Part shown: one piece after another, positions 7,332 through 16,782 of the stretch
Position numbering within the stretch: the first letter of the stretch is position 1
Layout: each line of letters begins with the position of its first letter
Sequence record: PV785814.1
Direction: 5' to 3' (one strand)
DNA length: 64,000 nt
Program-made: the position numbers and the translations under genes
The notes under the pieces: generated by a model
Databases searched by the model: none
What the model was told of the DNA's origin: nothing
Seen by the model: only the letters and a program-made list of their open reading frames with translations

Positions 7332-7786
7332 TACACTCTCAATCCTATTAGTTTTCTAAGCCCGACTTCAGTCAGAACTTTGAAATGCCACCCTTTTTGT
7401 TTAGCGAACTTAATCGCAGCAGCCCACTTATCTTGGTTCACTTGAAACGTATATATCTCTTTCAATAAACGCTTCTTTGACTTTTCAGTAAGTCTTTGTG
7501 GCTTCTCGGGTGGCATCGTTTCTTTGTTTGGTTTGATCTCGAAAATGAATTCTCGACCGTCACTGAACTTCACATAAAAGTCCATGAAATATCTACGTTT
7601 TTTACCACCATCAGCCGAGCTAACGTAAGGTATAACGATTTCTTCAGAATTCCAACGAACAACATGCGGGTTGTTGTCACACCAGCGCATGAAAGACAAT
7701 TCCCATGAGCTTCTGTACTCGATCTTCTGATAATTGCCTTTGTACTTCGATTTGTTTGCTGGAACGTATTTGCCAGAATATGCCAT
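7331..7786 (-). CDS. 4: gp4 head completion nuclease
   Basis: AYSGKY.P.NKSKYKG, YRSSWE, RRYFMDF, EIKP motifs. Confidence 0.95.
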   Translation of the reverse strand: MAYSGKYVPANKSKYKGNYQKIEYRSSWELSFMRWCDNNPHVVRWNSEEIVIPYVSSADGGKKRRYFMDFYVKFSDGREFIFEIKPNKETMPPEKPQRLTEKSKKRLLKEIYTFQVNQDKWAAAIKFAKQKGWHFKVLTEVGLRKLIGLRV

Positions 7787-7803
7787 AAACGCCTCCTTTC
7801 TTA

Positions 7804-7825
7804 TATTTAGTATCGCGTCTAAATA
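7804..7825. promoter_or_regulatory. Divergent late promoters for the gene 4 and gene 48 operons
   Basis: ACTAAATA (minus, 7804-7811) and TCTAAATA (plus, 7818-7825); variants of T4 TATAAATA. Confidence 0.55.
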
Positions 7826-7851
7826 CAGATATATTTTAAGGAGAAACTAAC

Positions 7852-8997
7852 ATGGGACTATTTGGTTACATAGGTCTTAGCGGCAAACAGAGTGATACGC
7901 TTGACCGTGTGTTGGCTGTTACTGATAGTGGCGGCGTAGAAAGCAGCACATCAGAAATCACTCAGGAAACCGACCAAGGGCGAGTAAGCACGTCTAATAT
8001 TGTGGCATTGACATACCCGCCAAATTTAGGCGCACGTTCTGGTCACTCGAACTTCTTCATATTTCGTGCATATGACTTGGCGAGTACAACTAAGCAACAT
8101 TACACGGATATGCGACAGTCATTCACTGCTTCGTCGAAAGAATCAAAGCAAGCGGCTGAGATCCCGAGCGAGTTGATGGCAACTATGGCATTGTATGCTC
8201 CTAACCTAATTGAAGAAGTTTCACACGAATACGACAAAACACCAACGTCTGTTCTTAATGATTTCTTAGCGGCAGCAGCTACAGCGGCAGGCGCAGATAC
8301 TGTATCGCAAGGAGTTGAAGCGGGTAAGAAAGCAGTTGCTACAGCGGCAGGCGCTACGTTGGCACAGATTAAACGTTCGTTCATTCAATCGAATGCAGCC
8401 GGTCAGCTTGAGAAAAACAGCAGTGTCGTTACTGATAACGTTACTGTCACAGCGTACAAGGGTACCGCGCAACGTCAACAAACTTTGATGTATCAATTTC
8501 ACCCAAAATCACTAGATGAGTTGAAGATTGTTGGTGAGATTATCAAGACGTTTTATCGCTTGTCGCTGCCAGTTAAAGGTCAGATTTCATCACAGCTATT
8601 AGATACTGGCACTGCAAATCTAGGCTCTGGCTTTGCGAATGGCTTTGCGAAATATGCAACGTTGTTGAAAACGCCACCTGTGTGGATGATTGAAGAAGTG
8701 TCAGATGTTGACGCAGCAAGATACACGCCACGATTCGTTTTCGGTCCCGCGGGTATCACTTCAGTTAAATTGAACAGAACGCCAGATCAATATTGGCGAA
8801 CTTTCAGAGGCACAGCAGGTGACCCAGCGGGCATCGAGCTTGAGATTACATTCAGCGAACTTATCCCTATGGATCGTGCAATGTACGAGCGAGATCAAGC
8901 AAGTAGCGTTCGTGGTTACGATAACGGTACGACTACTGCAAGCGGCAACAGCAATGATTCGGGTTCATTCTTTGGTGATATTGGGAGCTTATTCTAA
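7852..8997 (+). CDS. 48: gp48 baseplate tail tube cap
   Basis: LTYPPNL, FFIFRAYD, ALYAPNL, FHPKSLDE, ELEITFSE motifs; upstream of 53. Confidence 0.82.
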   Translation: MGLFGYIGLSGKQSDTLDRVLAVTDSGGVESSTSEITQETDQGRVSTSNIVALTYPPNLGARSGHSNFFIFRAYDLASTTKQHYTDMRQSFTASSKESKQAAEIPSELMATMALYAPNLIEEVSHEYDKTPTSVLNDFLAAAATAAGADTVSQGVEAGKKAVATAAGATLAQIKRSFIQSNAAGQLEKNSSVVTDNVTVTAYKGTAQRQQTLMYQFHPKSLDELKIVGEIIKTFYRLSLPVKGQISSQLLDTGTANLGSGFANGFAKYATLLKTPPVWMIEEVSDVDAARYTPRFVFGPAGITSVKLNRTPDQYWRTFRGTAGDPAGIELEITFSELIPMDRAMYERDQASSVRGYDNGTTTASGNSNDSGSFFGDIGSLF

Positions 8998-9575
8998 TGA
9001 TTTTCGCGATATTTGACAAGACTGAATATCAAGGTGTTGAGACGGCTAACATATTCAAAAATTTGAATTACTATCACAAGCAGATCATCCCGTCTTACAC
9101 GCTGATTCAGTATAAAATTAGGGGCGACTATCGCCCCGAACAGATTGCATATGAACTGTACGGTGATACGTCGCTGTACTGGATGATTATGCTTTTAAAT
9201 CAAAGAGTTGACCCGTTTTATGATTGGGTTCAGCCCAACGAAACCGTTTCTGAGAACGCTATTTATCGTTATCAATATATCGGTGGCAATGAGCAAGTTC
9301 ATCACCATGTAGATGAGCAAGGTCGTTGGTGGTTTGATATGGTCGAAGACCCAGAAAACCCACGAAACTGGTACAACGAATTTGATTGGAACAATAACGC
9401 GCCTGAAGAAGGTCAAGAAGATTATCGAGAAATTCTTTATCATGGCGTAATGATTCCAGTTTCAGTTGATGAATATGAGTTCAACCGAAACGAAGAAAGT
9501 CGAGTGATTAATGTATTGTCTACCGATGATGTAAGTACATACATTAGCACATTTATGAAATTAGCAGGGGTATAA
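8997..9575 (+). CDS. 53: gp53 baseplate wedge subunit
   Basis: YKIRGDYRPEQIAYELYGDTSLYWMIMLLN LysM-like motif; DPFYDW. Confidence 0.92.
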   Translation: MIFAIFDKTEYQGVETANIFKNLNYYHKQIIPSYTLIQYKIRGDYRPEQIAYELYGDTSLYWMIMLLNQRVDPFYDWVQPNETVSENAIYRYQYIGGNEQVHHHVDEQGRWWFDMVEDPENPRNWYNEFDWNNNAPEEGQEDYREILYHGVMIPVSVDEYEFNRNEESRVINVLSTDDVSTYISTFMKLAGV

Positions 9576-9576
9576 A

Positions 9577-10848
9577 ATGTTTGAAATGCGCTCCGCTAAC
9601 CCAGTTGAGAACTTCGTGGTTAGCAAGATTCATATTCGTGGTCTAGATTTCTCCGCGACTGTGGAGAATGAAATCACTCACATGGAAATTTATGAATCAC
9701 TTAATGGGTTGGTTTCTGGCATGTTCATGTTCAAAGATTCGATTGGTGTCGTTGACACGATTCGCATGACGGGATTTGAAGCTATCGACGTTGAGTTTGC
9801 GTCGTATGTCGGGGAGCAAGCAAATCGAGTATACCAAAAATCGTTTCGTGCTACAGGCATATCAAGAATGCCAGCTAGAACAGGTGGATTTGAATCTGTA
9901 TTGGTACGTTTCACAAACAACTTGATTACGTTGAACGATTATGTTAAGCGCCCGTACGTGTTTAACAAAACTAGTATATCGAACATCATCAAGTCAATTC
10001 TTGATAATTTAGGCGATGAAGCTCCCGTGTACGACATCGAAACATCGTTGTATCAAAGAGATTTCGTCACAAAAATCGGCAAGCCTTATGACATCATTAA
10101 GAGCATTGTCGATCACGCAAGCACAGACGTGAACAATAGCTGTAAATTCTTGTTCTACGAAGACCGAGATTCAGTTAAGTTCGCGTCTCTTGGTACAATT
10201 CGTTCAAAAGAGTACGAATACATAATTCGCAAGGGTGCTGATACTGGTGATGGTAAATGGACATCAGGCAACACAAACACAATCACAGCATTGCGAGTTG
10301 TGGTGAAAGAACAATCTAACATGCATGAGATTTCTAGTGGATTATTTGGGTCTAGGACATATTCTCATAGTTTAATTCGAAAGAAATTGACAACAAAAGA
10401 CGTTCGTCGAAGCGACTACATAGCTCAAGTTGGCATACTCAATGAACGTGCTCATATGTATACCGATAATCTTGAATTTGCAAGTGAAGTACCTGAGACT
10501 GAACAGCCATTGAATAGCATTCAGTTATTGCCAAACGATGGGTTTTACGAGCATGATAATAAACACCCGCTTGGGTCTATTCATGGCGTATCTCTAATGG
10601 AAGAGACTTATCTAAAAGCGAAGCAGATCATTGTCGAAATCCCGGGAAATACGAATATAACCGTGGGTGATGTAGTGTTCATGGACTATCATGCTGTAAC
10701 AGGTGAGAATCATTCTAGTTTAGATGCGTCGGGTCGTTGGATTGTTCATGAGCTTAAACATCGTGTAGAGCCGAATGCATTCATAACGACTCTTGAGCTT
10801 TCGAGTGATTCATCGGTGAATATCGCAATTGCGGGGAGCAACAAATAA
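9577..10848 (+). CDS. 27: gp27-like baseplate hub protein
   Basis: Between 53 and 5; FLFYEDRDSVKF and EIPGNTNITVGD...SGRWIVHELKHRV motifs of the hub/GPD family. Confidence 0.72.
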   Translation: MFEMRSANPVENFVVSKIHIRGLDFSATVENEITHMEIYESLNGLVSGMFMFKDSIGVVDTIRMTGFEAIDVEFASYVGEQANRVYQKSFRATGISRMPARTGGFESVLVRFTNNLITLNDYVKRPYVFNKTSISNIIKSILDNLGDEAPVYDIETSLYQRDFVTKIGKPYDIIKSIVDHASTDVNNSCKFLFYEDRDSVKFASLGTIRSKEYEYIIRKGADTGDGKWTSGNTNTITALRVVVKEQSNMHEISSGLFGSRTYSHSLIRKKLTTKDVRRSDYIAQVGILNERAHMYTDNLEFASEVPETEQPLNSIQLLPNDGFYEHDNKHPLGSIHGVSLMEETYLKAKQIIVEIPGNTNITVGDVVFMDYHAVTGENHSSLDASGRWIVHELKHRVEPNAFITTLELSSDSSVNIAIAGSNK

Positions 10849-12065
10849 TGTTTATGGGATTAGATGGGTTTGAGTGGTGGACTGGCGTAGTTGAAGATCG
10901 AACTACTGACCCACTCAAATTAGGCAGAATTAAAGTTCGCATGATAGGTCTGCACCCTGATAAGAAAAGTTCAGATCAGGGTATTCGAACTGAAGAACTG
11001 CTTTGGGTTCATCCCATGCAGTCTCTTGATAATGCAGCAATGAATGGCATTGGCAACGCGCCGATTGGTGTCGTTGAAGGCACATGGGTTTTTGGATTCT
11101 TTCGTGACAAATTGCGTCAAGATGCAGTTGCCATGGGAGTATTGCCTGGCATACCAGAAGAAGTAGCGAATGGTAGTATTGGGTTTAATGACCCGAATGA
11201 AAAATATCCGTTAGCAGATAAGCTCAATGAGCCAGATACAAACCGTCTAGCTCGTAATGACGTTGACCCCGATGTGTACGACGAATCACAGTCTCAGCAA
11301 GCTTTTGATAGTGGCGACGCGCCATACGTTTATCGACCTCACTCCATCATAGGTCTTAAACGAAATGCCGAAGAGAAGCAAATCCCGCTTGCTGGGTATG
11401 ATGCAGAGGGTGTGAAATACGATGAGAAGCCAACACCGTATGCTGCTCAATACCCATTCAATCACGTTCGTGAATCTGAATCGGGGCATGTGCATGAAAT
11501 AGATGACACGGCAGGTTCTGAACGTCTTCACACGTATCACAGAACGGGTACATTTGAAGAGATTCACCCCGACGGCAGTCGAGTTACGAAAATCGTTGGT
11601 GATGATTTTGAAATTGTCCAAATGAATCAGAACGTGTACATCAAAGGCAACTTGAATATTACAGTTGTTGGTGATGCTACGTTCTACTGTCAACAAAACG
11701 TAACTCAACAGATCGACGGCGACTTGAAGCAACATGTCAAAGGGAATGTGGATCAACACGTCGAAATGAATGTAACTCAGACAGTCGATCAAGATGTCAC
11801 GCAAACAGTGCATCAGAACGTCACACAGACGGTCGACGGTAATGTTCAACAAAGTGTGGGCGGAAACGTTCAAAGCACTGTTACGGGCGATTACACGCAG
11901 CATATCAGCGGTAATTACACTCTTACAGTCGGTGGTTCAGTTTCCGAAAGCGTTAGCTCATCATATACACGTTCAGCAGCTTCGATTAGTGATGATGGTG
12001 GCGGTGCAACGTTGAACTTAGCTGGCGCGGCTGCACTAGATGGCTCAACAGTAAGCCTAGGGTAA
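10848..12065 (+). CDS. 5: gp5 baseplate spike (OB fold + beta-helix; no lysozyme domain)
   Basis: WWTGVVEDR.DPLKLGRIKVR, YPFNHVRESESGHVHEIDDT, 8-residue beta-helix repeats. Confidence 0.93.
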   Translation: MFMGLDGFEWWTGVVEDRTTDPLKLGRIKVRMIGLHPDKKSSDQGIRTEELLWVHPMQSLDNAAMNGIGNAPIGVVEGTWVFGFFRDKLRQDAVAMGVLPGIPEEVANGSIGFNDPNEKYPLADKLNEPDTNRLARNDVDPDVYDESQSQQAFDSGDAPYVYRPHSIIGLKRNAEEKQIPLAGYDAEGVKYDEKPTPYAAQYPFNHVRESESGHVHEIDDTAGSERLHTYHRTGTFEEIHPDGSRVTKIVGDDFEIVQMNQNVYIKGNLNITVVGDATFYCQQNVTQQIDGDLKQHVKGNVDQHVEMNVTQTVDQDVTQTVHQNVTQTVDGNVQQSVGGNVQSTVTGDYTQHISGNYTLTVGGSVSESVSSSYTRSAASISDDGGGATLNLAGAAALDGSTVSLG

Positions 12066-12069
12066 TTGA

Positions 12070-12552
12070 ATGGCTAGTATTCTACCAATTGAGTTAGAAG
12101 AGATAGCAGAAGGTGAGAACGTCGATGTGACGTTCTCTGCCGTTCTTGATCTCGGAGAAACTCTTGTTGACATCAACATAACAGATTATCGAGTTAATAA
12201 CGGCATCACAGTTGTTGGTGCTCGTTATCACGGGCAGTATCAAGACTCGTTTGATTTGGGACCAAGTGGTTTAAAATATCGCGATACACGAGACAATAGT
12301 TATCATGAGGTGAGCAGGTTTGAAGACTTGCCTGCCAATCCGATTCATGGTCATGTGTATCGTTTCGAAGCGCCGAGCCCGTTGTCTACTGATTATTTCT
12401 ACGAAGTTACTGTGAATTATCAGTATGAAGACCCTTTATTGCCAGGTGTGATTGAAGATCGGCAGATTGTCGAGACGTTCACGCAGACAGTTAAAGGTAA
12501 GTGGGATACGTGGGCGCAGCAACTTAGAGATTACATAGCAGCAGGAGCATAA
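12070..12552 (+). CDS. 5.1: gp5.1-like conserved protein
   Basis: Position between 5 and 5.4; C-terminal WDTWAQQLRDYI. Confidence 0.65.
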   Translation: MASILPIELEEIAEGENVDVTFSAVLDLGETLVDINITDYRVNNGITVVGARYHGQYQDSFDLGPSGLKYRDTRDNSYHEVSRFEDLPANPIHGHVYRFEAPSPLSTDYFYEVTVNYQYEDPLLPGVIEDRQIVETFTQTVKGKWDTWAQQLRDYIAAGA

Positions 12553-12553
12553 T

Positions 12554-12850
12554 ATGCCAGCATTAGCAGGTGCAGATGAACCGACAACAGGTCATGGCAC
12601 ATATCCACCAACTATCGTGACAGGCGGCAGTGGGAAAGTATCAGTACAAGGGAAACCAGCGTTATCAGTAGCGAACTTAGTTCATGTGACGCACTGTAAC
12701 ACAGTAAAACCGTATGATTGCCACGCAGGTAGCGCAGCAACATACAGTCCGAAAGTGTTTATCGAGGGGAGTAATGCAATCCGTATCGGTGACACGCTAA
12801 CATGTGGCGATACGGTTGCAGGTGGTGCAGGGAAGGTTGTTAGTTCGTAA
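12554..12850 (+). CDS. 5.4: gp5.4 PAAR spike-tip protein
   Basis: GHGTYPP...H.HC...CH...RIGDTLTCGD PAAR motifs. Confidence 0.92.
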   Translation: MPALAGADEPTTGHGTYPPTIVTGGSGKVSVQGKPALSVANLVHVTHCNTVKPYDCHAGSAATYSPKVFIEGSNAIRIGDTLTCGDTVAGGAGKVVSS

Positions 12851-13208
12851 CTGAATTTGCAGCATGTTCTTTGATTTTAGCTTCGCTTTTCAGAGTTGTT
12901 ACGTCAACTTCTTCAGATTTGAATGAATTGTCGTTTGCTTTTGGCGCTTCGAGTTTAATCATCGGATCGACTTCATATCGTGCAGTGTCGTTCACAGCTC
13001 CGTTTACAGTCGGGCGTGTAATTGGCGAAGTGAAGACTTTGTAGCCACTTACAATCGTAGTCAGAACTAGCGTAGCTAGAATGATTTTGCCGTATGGTAG
13101 TTTCACATCATACTTGAAGATCTTTGACATGATGAAAACAATTAGTAGAGCAAGTAATACAATAACGAAGATGCCTACTACAGGTGCGATAGCTAATAAA
13201 AATTCCAT
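12840..13208 (-). CDS. Hypothetical membrane protein
   Basis: Two N-terminal hydrophobic helices; downstream of the SPFH gene. Confidence 0.7.
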   Translation of the reverse strand: MEFLLAIAPVVGIFVIVLLALLIVFIMSKIFKYDVKLPYGKIILATLVLTTIVSGYKVFTSPITRPTVNGAVNDTARYEVDPMIKLEAPKANDNSFKSEEVDVTTLKSEAKIKEHAANSVTN

Positions 13209-13261
13209 GTATTTTTCCTTTTAAAAAAGGGCAGCACTATGCTGCCCTAATGTTTGTTGTA

Positions 13262-14137
13262 TTACTTAATCGGAGTTTGTACTGCGATTTTGTCAAGCAT
13301 TTCAGTTGGTACGAACACTTTGTTGTTTGATTTCGCAAGCTCACGTAGAGTTTTTTGCTCTTCAAGGAATCGTACGTTGTTGTTCATCAGCTTGTCAGCT
13401 ACTAGCTTTTTAGTTTCAGCTTCGTAAAGCTCGATTTCACGCTCACGTTTTGAAACTTCTTCACGTGTTGAAATCTGTAGTAAGTCTAGCTTACGTTGTG
13501 CTTTAACAGTGTCTTCTTGTTGACGACGCTCTGCCGATGCTTCTTGTGCTTTAGTGATTGTTGGTGGGTACACAACATCAGTGATACCTACGACTTTAAG
13601 CACGAACGGTGTATCTGACAGTTCTTGGTTCAGACGCTGCATTACGAACGTGTTCAGTTTTTCACGAGTCGATGCCACTTCTGAAATGCTGTATTCAGCA
13701 AGAATTGATGGGATGACTGTGTTTAACTTAGCACGTGCATATCGAGAGAACACGTCTTGTTGTGAAATCACGCCTAGCTGATCAGTCTGCGATTTGAATG
13801 GAACTTTCGCAAACACGAAGTTGTATTTCGCCGGATCGACTGTCATTGTCATTTCGACGTTGTACTTCAGCATCAGTTCATCTTTTGGCATGAACGTGTC
13901 GAACTTCATGGTGTAGAAGCTGTCTGATACGTCAAGAAGTACTAGACGATCAGGGTAGCGCCATGCCCAATCAAGACGGAACTTAGATGGTTGACGAGGT
14001 TCTTGTTTCAAATTGAAGCCGTCTTTCGTCTGAATCTTACCAACGAAGCCAGTCGGGATTTCAGCAGGAGTACCACAACCAGTTAGTGCGAAGCCCAGTG
14101 CTGCTACTGAAAGAAGTTTAGCGATATTTTTAAACAT
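13262..14137 (-). CDS. SPFH/band-7 domain lipoprotein
   Basis: Lipobox LTGC; IPTGFVGK; ITDVVYPPTITKAQE; C-terminal coiled coil. Confidence 0.8.
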   Translation of the reverse strand: MFKNIAKLLSVAALGFALTGCGTPAEIPTGFVGKIQTKDGFNLKQEPRQPSKFRLDWAWRYPDRLVLLDVSDSFYTMKFDTFMPKDELMLKYNVEMTMTVDPAKYNFVFAKVPFKSQTDQLGVISQQDVFSRYARAKLNTVIPSILAEYSISEVASTREKLNTFVMQRLNQELSDTPFVLKVVGITDVVYPPTITKAQEASAERRQQEDTVKAQRKLDLLQISTREEVSKREREIELYEAETKKLVADKLMNNNVRFLEEQKTLRELAKSNNKVFVPTEMLDKIAVQTPIK

Positions 14138-14169
14138 GTTTTGCTCTCTTAGTTAAGTTGACGAAGTAG

Positions 14170-14282
14170 ATGATACGTTATGTTCTTCAGTTCGTCAAGT
14201 TGTTTTCACAAATTTCTCATTTTGTTTGTGCGCTTCGTTGCGCTGAGGAGTACATAATAGGCAAAACGCACACCCCTGTCAA
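14170..14282 (-). promoter_or_regulatory. Two tandem early sigma70 promoters for the SPFH operon
   Basis: TTGACA(14277-82)-17-TATTAT(14254-59) and TTGACG(14193-98)-17-TATCAT(14170-75). Confidence 0.75.
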
Positions 14283-14290
14283 CACTTTTC

Positions 14291-14298
14291 TATAAATA
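14291..14298 (+). promoter_or_regulatory. T4-type late promoter
   Basis: TATAAATA upstream of gene 25. Confidence 0.8.
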
Positions 14299-14320
14299 AA
14301 TTTAAAATTCGGAGAAAACT

Positions 14321-14740
14321 ATGGCAATTGCAGAGTTGAACACTCTAAAGCCAGGGAGTTACTACTACAGCGACATCCCAGCAAATTTCAGCAAGAGTGT
14401 TGTTAACAATGACTTGAGCGCATCATACGACTTAAAGGCAATACAAGAATCAATCATCGGGATTGTTAGTACAAAGAAAGGTGAACGACCTTTCAACCCA
14501 GAGTTTGGGTGTGATATAAGCAATCAGTTGTTTGAGAATATTTCGCCTGCAAGTGCGTTTGCTATCAAATACAGTATTGAGAACGCGATTTCAAAATGGG
14601 AGCCGCGTGTTGTGATTCAAAAGATTGAGGTCTTACCGCTCTATGACCGAAACACATATGAAATTGTGGTTCAGTATCATTTAAGAACGAACTTCGACCG
14701 CTTGTTTGCATTAAAAACGAGTCTAGTGAATCGTTTATAA
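14321..14740 (+). CDS. 25: gp25 baseplate wedge subunit
   Basis: AIQESIIGIVSTKKGERPFNPEFGC...WEPRV. Confidence 0.95.
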   Translation: MAIAELNTLKPGSYYYSDIPANFSKSVVNNDLSASYDLKAIQESIIGIVSTKKGERPFNPEFGCDISNQLFENISPASAFAIKYSIENAISKWEPRVVIQKIEVLPLYDRNTYEIVVQYHLRTNFDRLFALKTSLVNRL

Positions 14741-14742
14741 CA

Positions 14743-14770
14743 TCAGCCCGCCATTGAGCGGGCTTTTTTG
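14743..14770 (+). terminator. Intrinsic terminator
   Basis: AGCCCGC-cattga-GCGGGCT + T-tract. Confidence 0.75.
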
Positions 14771-14823
14771 TGCATTAAATATAAGAAACGAAATTTACAT
14801 AATTTTACCAACAGGGGAATAAC

Positions 14824-16782
14824 ATGGCAACTAACTCGAATTTACCTGTTAGTTCTGGCTCGTTTGAAACAATCAAGCAAGACCTTATTCAGTATTTGAA
14901 AGGTCAAGACGAGTTCAAGGATTACGATTTCAAAGGAAGTCGTCTGAACGTACTAACAGATTTGCTTGCATACAATACAATGTATCTTCAGCACTACTCG
15001 AATGCAGCACTATTCGAGGGATTTATTCGCACTGCTCAAAAACATAGCAGTGTGGTTCAGCACGCGCAAGATATGGGTTATGCACCAAGCTCTCTTTCAG
15101 CAGCAACGCACACAATCGGAATCAAAGCGTATCACGCTGAAAACCCAGTTGAGATTACTCTAGGTACGGGTACTCGATTCAGTGCTGACGTTGACGGCGT
15201 TTATTACTACAGCTACATCGTGTGGGAACCTCACATCTTGATCGGTGCGAAGCAAGACCCACTAAACCCAGCTAGTCCGCTTGTATATCAAGATCAGATT
15301 GACTTGGTGCAAGGTACTCTAGGTCGTTATGAGACGCTTTTCAGCGAATCAGAAGCGATTACTATCAAAGACCCAGATTTAGACCGCAACTATGTGCGTG
15401 TGTTCGTAGATAACGCTGAATGGACAAACTGGACAGACAAATCAATTGTAAACGTGACAGGTGGTTCGAATGTGTTCTACTTGCGCGAAACAGTAGACGG
15501 CTACACCGAAGTGTATTTCGGTGAGGGTGAATTGACTGACTTTACTGAAAACGCAGGTGCGTATAACCCGGGTTACATCGGTGGTCTACGCCCAATCGAA
15601 GGTCAGCGCATTCGTGTTCAATACGTCAAGACATCGGGACCAGTAGCCAACGGCTCACAGCGTTTCACATGGGCAGATGACATCCCTAACTTCCAGTTAG
15701 ACGATAAGAACATCGACGACAACCCGAATGACGATGAAAACTTCGTCGGTTCGATTGGCGGTGGTTATGCTGAAGGCACAGAGCGTATTCGCGAACTAGC
15801 ACCGATTTTCCGTGAATCGCAACGTCGTTGTGTCACCAAGCTAGACTATGAAACTTTCGTGTCTCAGAAGTTCGGTAATATCGTGCAAGCAGTTCAGGCA
15901 TTTGGTAGTTCAGATAAACCGGGGTATGTGTTCATTTCAATCAAGCCAAAGCTAGGGTTGACACTGCCGCAAGTCGCACGAAACGACATTGAAGAATATC
16001 TGAAAGAATTCAACATCGTTACGGTTACGCCTAAAGTAGTTGACCCAGAATACTTGTACGTTAAACACAATCTACGTGTTAACTACCGTACTGGTTCATT
16101 GGCAGAAGGTGCGGACTATCTGAAAGCTCAGATCATCAACGCGATTTCTGATTACTACTACAACGAAGTTGAAATTTTCAACGCATCGTTCCACGTTTCG
16201 AAGATGTTGAGCTACGTTGATGGCGCGCACGCATCAATTCTAGGCTCACGCTGTGACATCAGTTTGATTCGCGAATTGACGAACTTTGCACAGACACCAA
16301 TGAGCGGTTACAGTTTCTTGAACCCGATTTCACCAGCTTCTGTTAAATCAGACGACATAACATTCACGCCGAAAGGTTATACGGTTCAGATTCGAACTAC
16401 AGAAGCGCGTACTGCCCCGACTCAAGAAGACATCGGTACTGTTCTTTTGGGTCCATTTGCGGCAGGTGATATTACAGCACCGATTGACCCAGAAACTGGT
16501 CTACCGACTGGTGCATATACTGCAAACGACTTTGATCGCGAGATCATTGGCAGCCGTAGTTTATACTACCGCGTTGGTACAATCAATTATGCATCAGGGT
16601 TGATGGACTATGACTTCATCAACTTGGGCATCAACTCGGCAGATTGGGATGTCACTGGCAATTTGATTCTTTCATCAACACCGACACGTGCGAATATATA
16701 CACAGACGACGGTAGCTTGATTGTATATGAGAACGAGCTACGTCCTGAATATACTGACATCGTTCTAGAGGGTATTTCTTAA
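14824..16782 (+). CDS. 6: gp6 baseplate wedge subunit
   Basis: FKDYDFKGSRLNVLTDLLAYNT, QRRCVTKLDYE, YENELRP motifs. Confidence 0.95.
   Translation: MATNSNLPVSSGSFETIKQDLIQYLKGQDEFKDYDFKGSRLNVLTDLLAYNTMYLQHYSNAALFEGFIRTAQKHSSVVQHAQDMGYAPSSLSAATHTIGIKAYHAENPVEITLGTGTRFSADVDGVYYYSYIVWEPHILIGAKQDPLNPASPLVYQDQIDLVQGTLGRYETLFSESEAITIKDPDLDRNYVRVFVDNAEWTNWTDKSIVNVTGGSNVFYLRETVDGYTEVYFGEGELTDFTENAGAYNPGYIGGLRPIEGQRIRVQYVKTSGPVANGSQRFTWADDIPNFQLDDKNIDDNPNDDENFVGSIGGGYAEGTERIRELAPIFRESQRRCVTKLDYETFVSQKFGNIVQAVQAFGSSDKPGYVFISIKPKLGLTLPQVARNDIEEYLKEFNIVTVTPKVVDPEYLYVKHNLRVNYRTGSLAEGADYLKAQIINAISDYYYNEVEIFNASFHVSKMLSYVDGAHASILGSRCDISLIRELTNFAQTPMSGYSFLNPISPASVKSDDITFTPKGYTVQIRTTEARTAPTQEDIGTVLLGPFAAGDITAPIDPETGLPTGAYTANDFDREIIGSRSLYYRVGTINYASGLMDYDFINLGINSADWDVTGNLILSSTPTRANIYTDDGSLIVYENELRPEYTDIVLEGIS

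Noticed and set aside
11286-11903. 205-aa antisense ORF in gene 5
   Set aside because: Shadow of the 8-residue beta-helix repeats and codon bias
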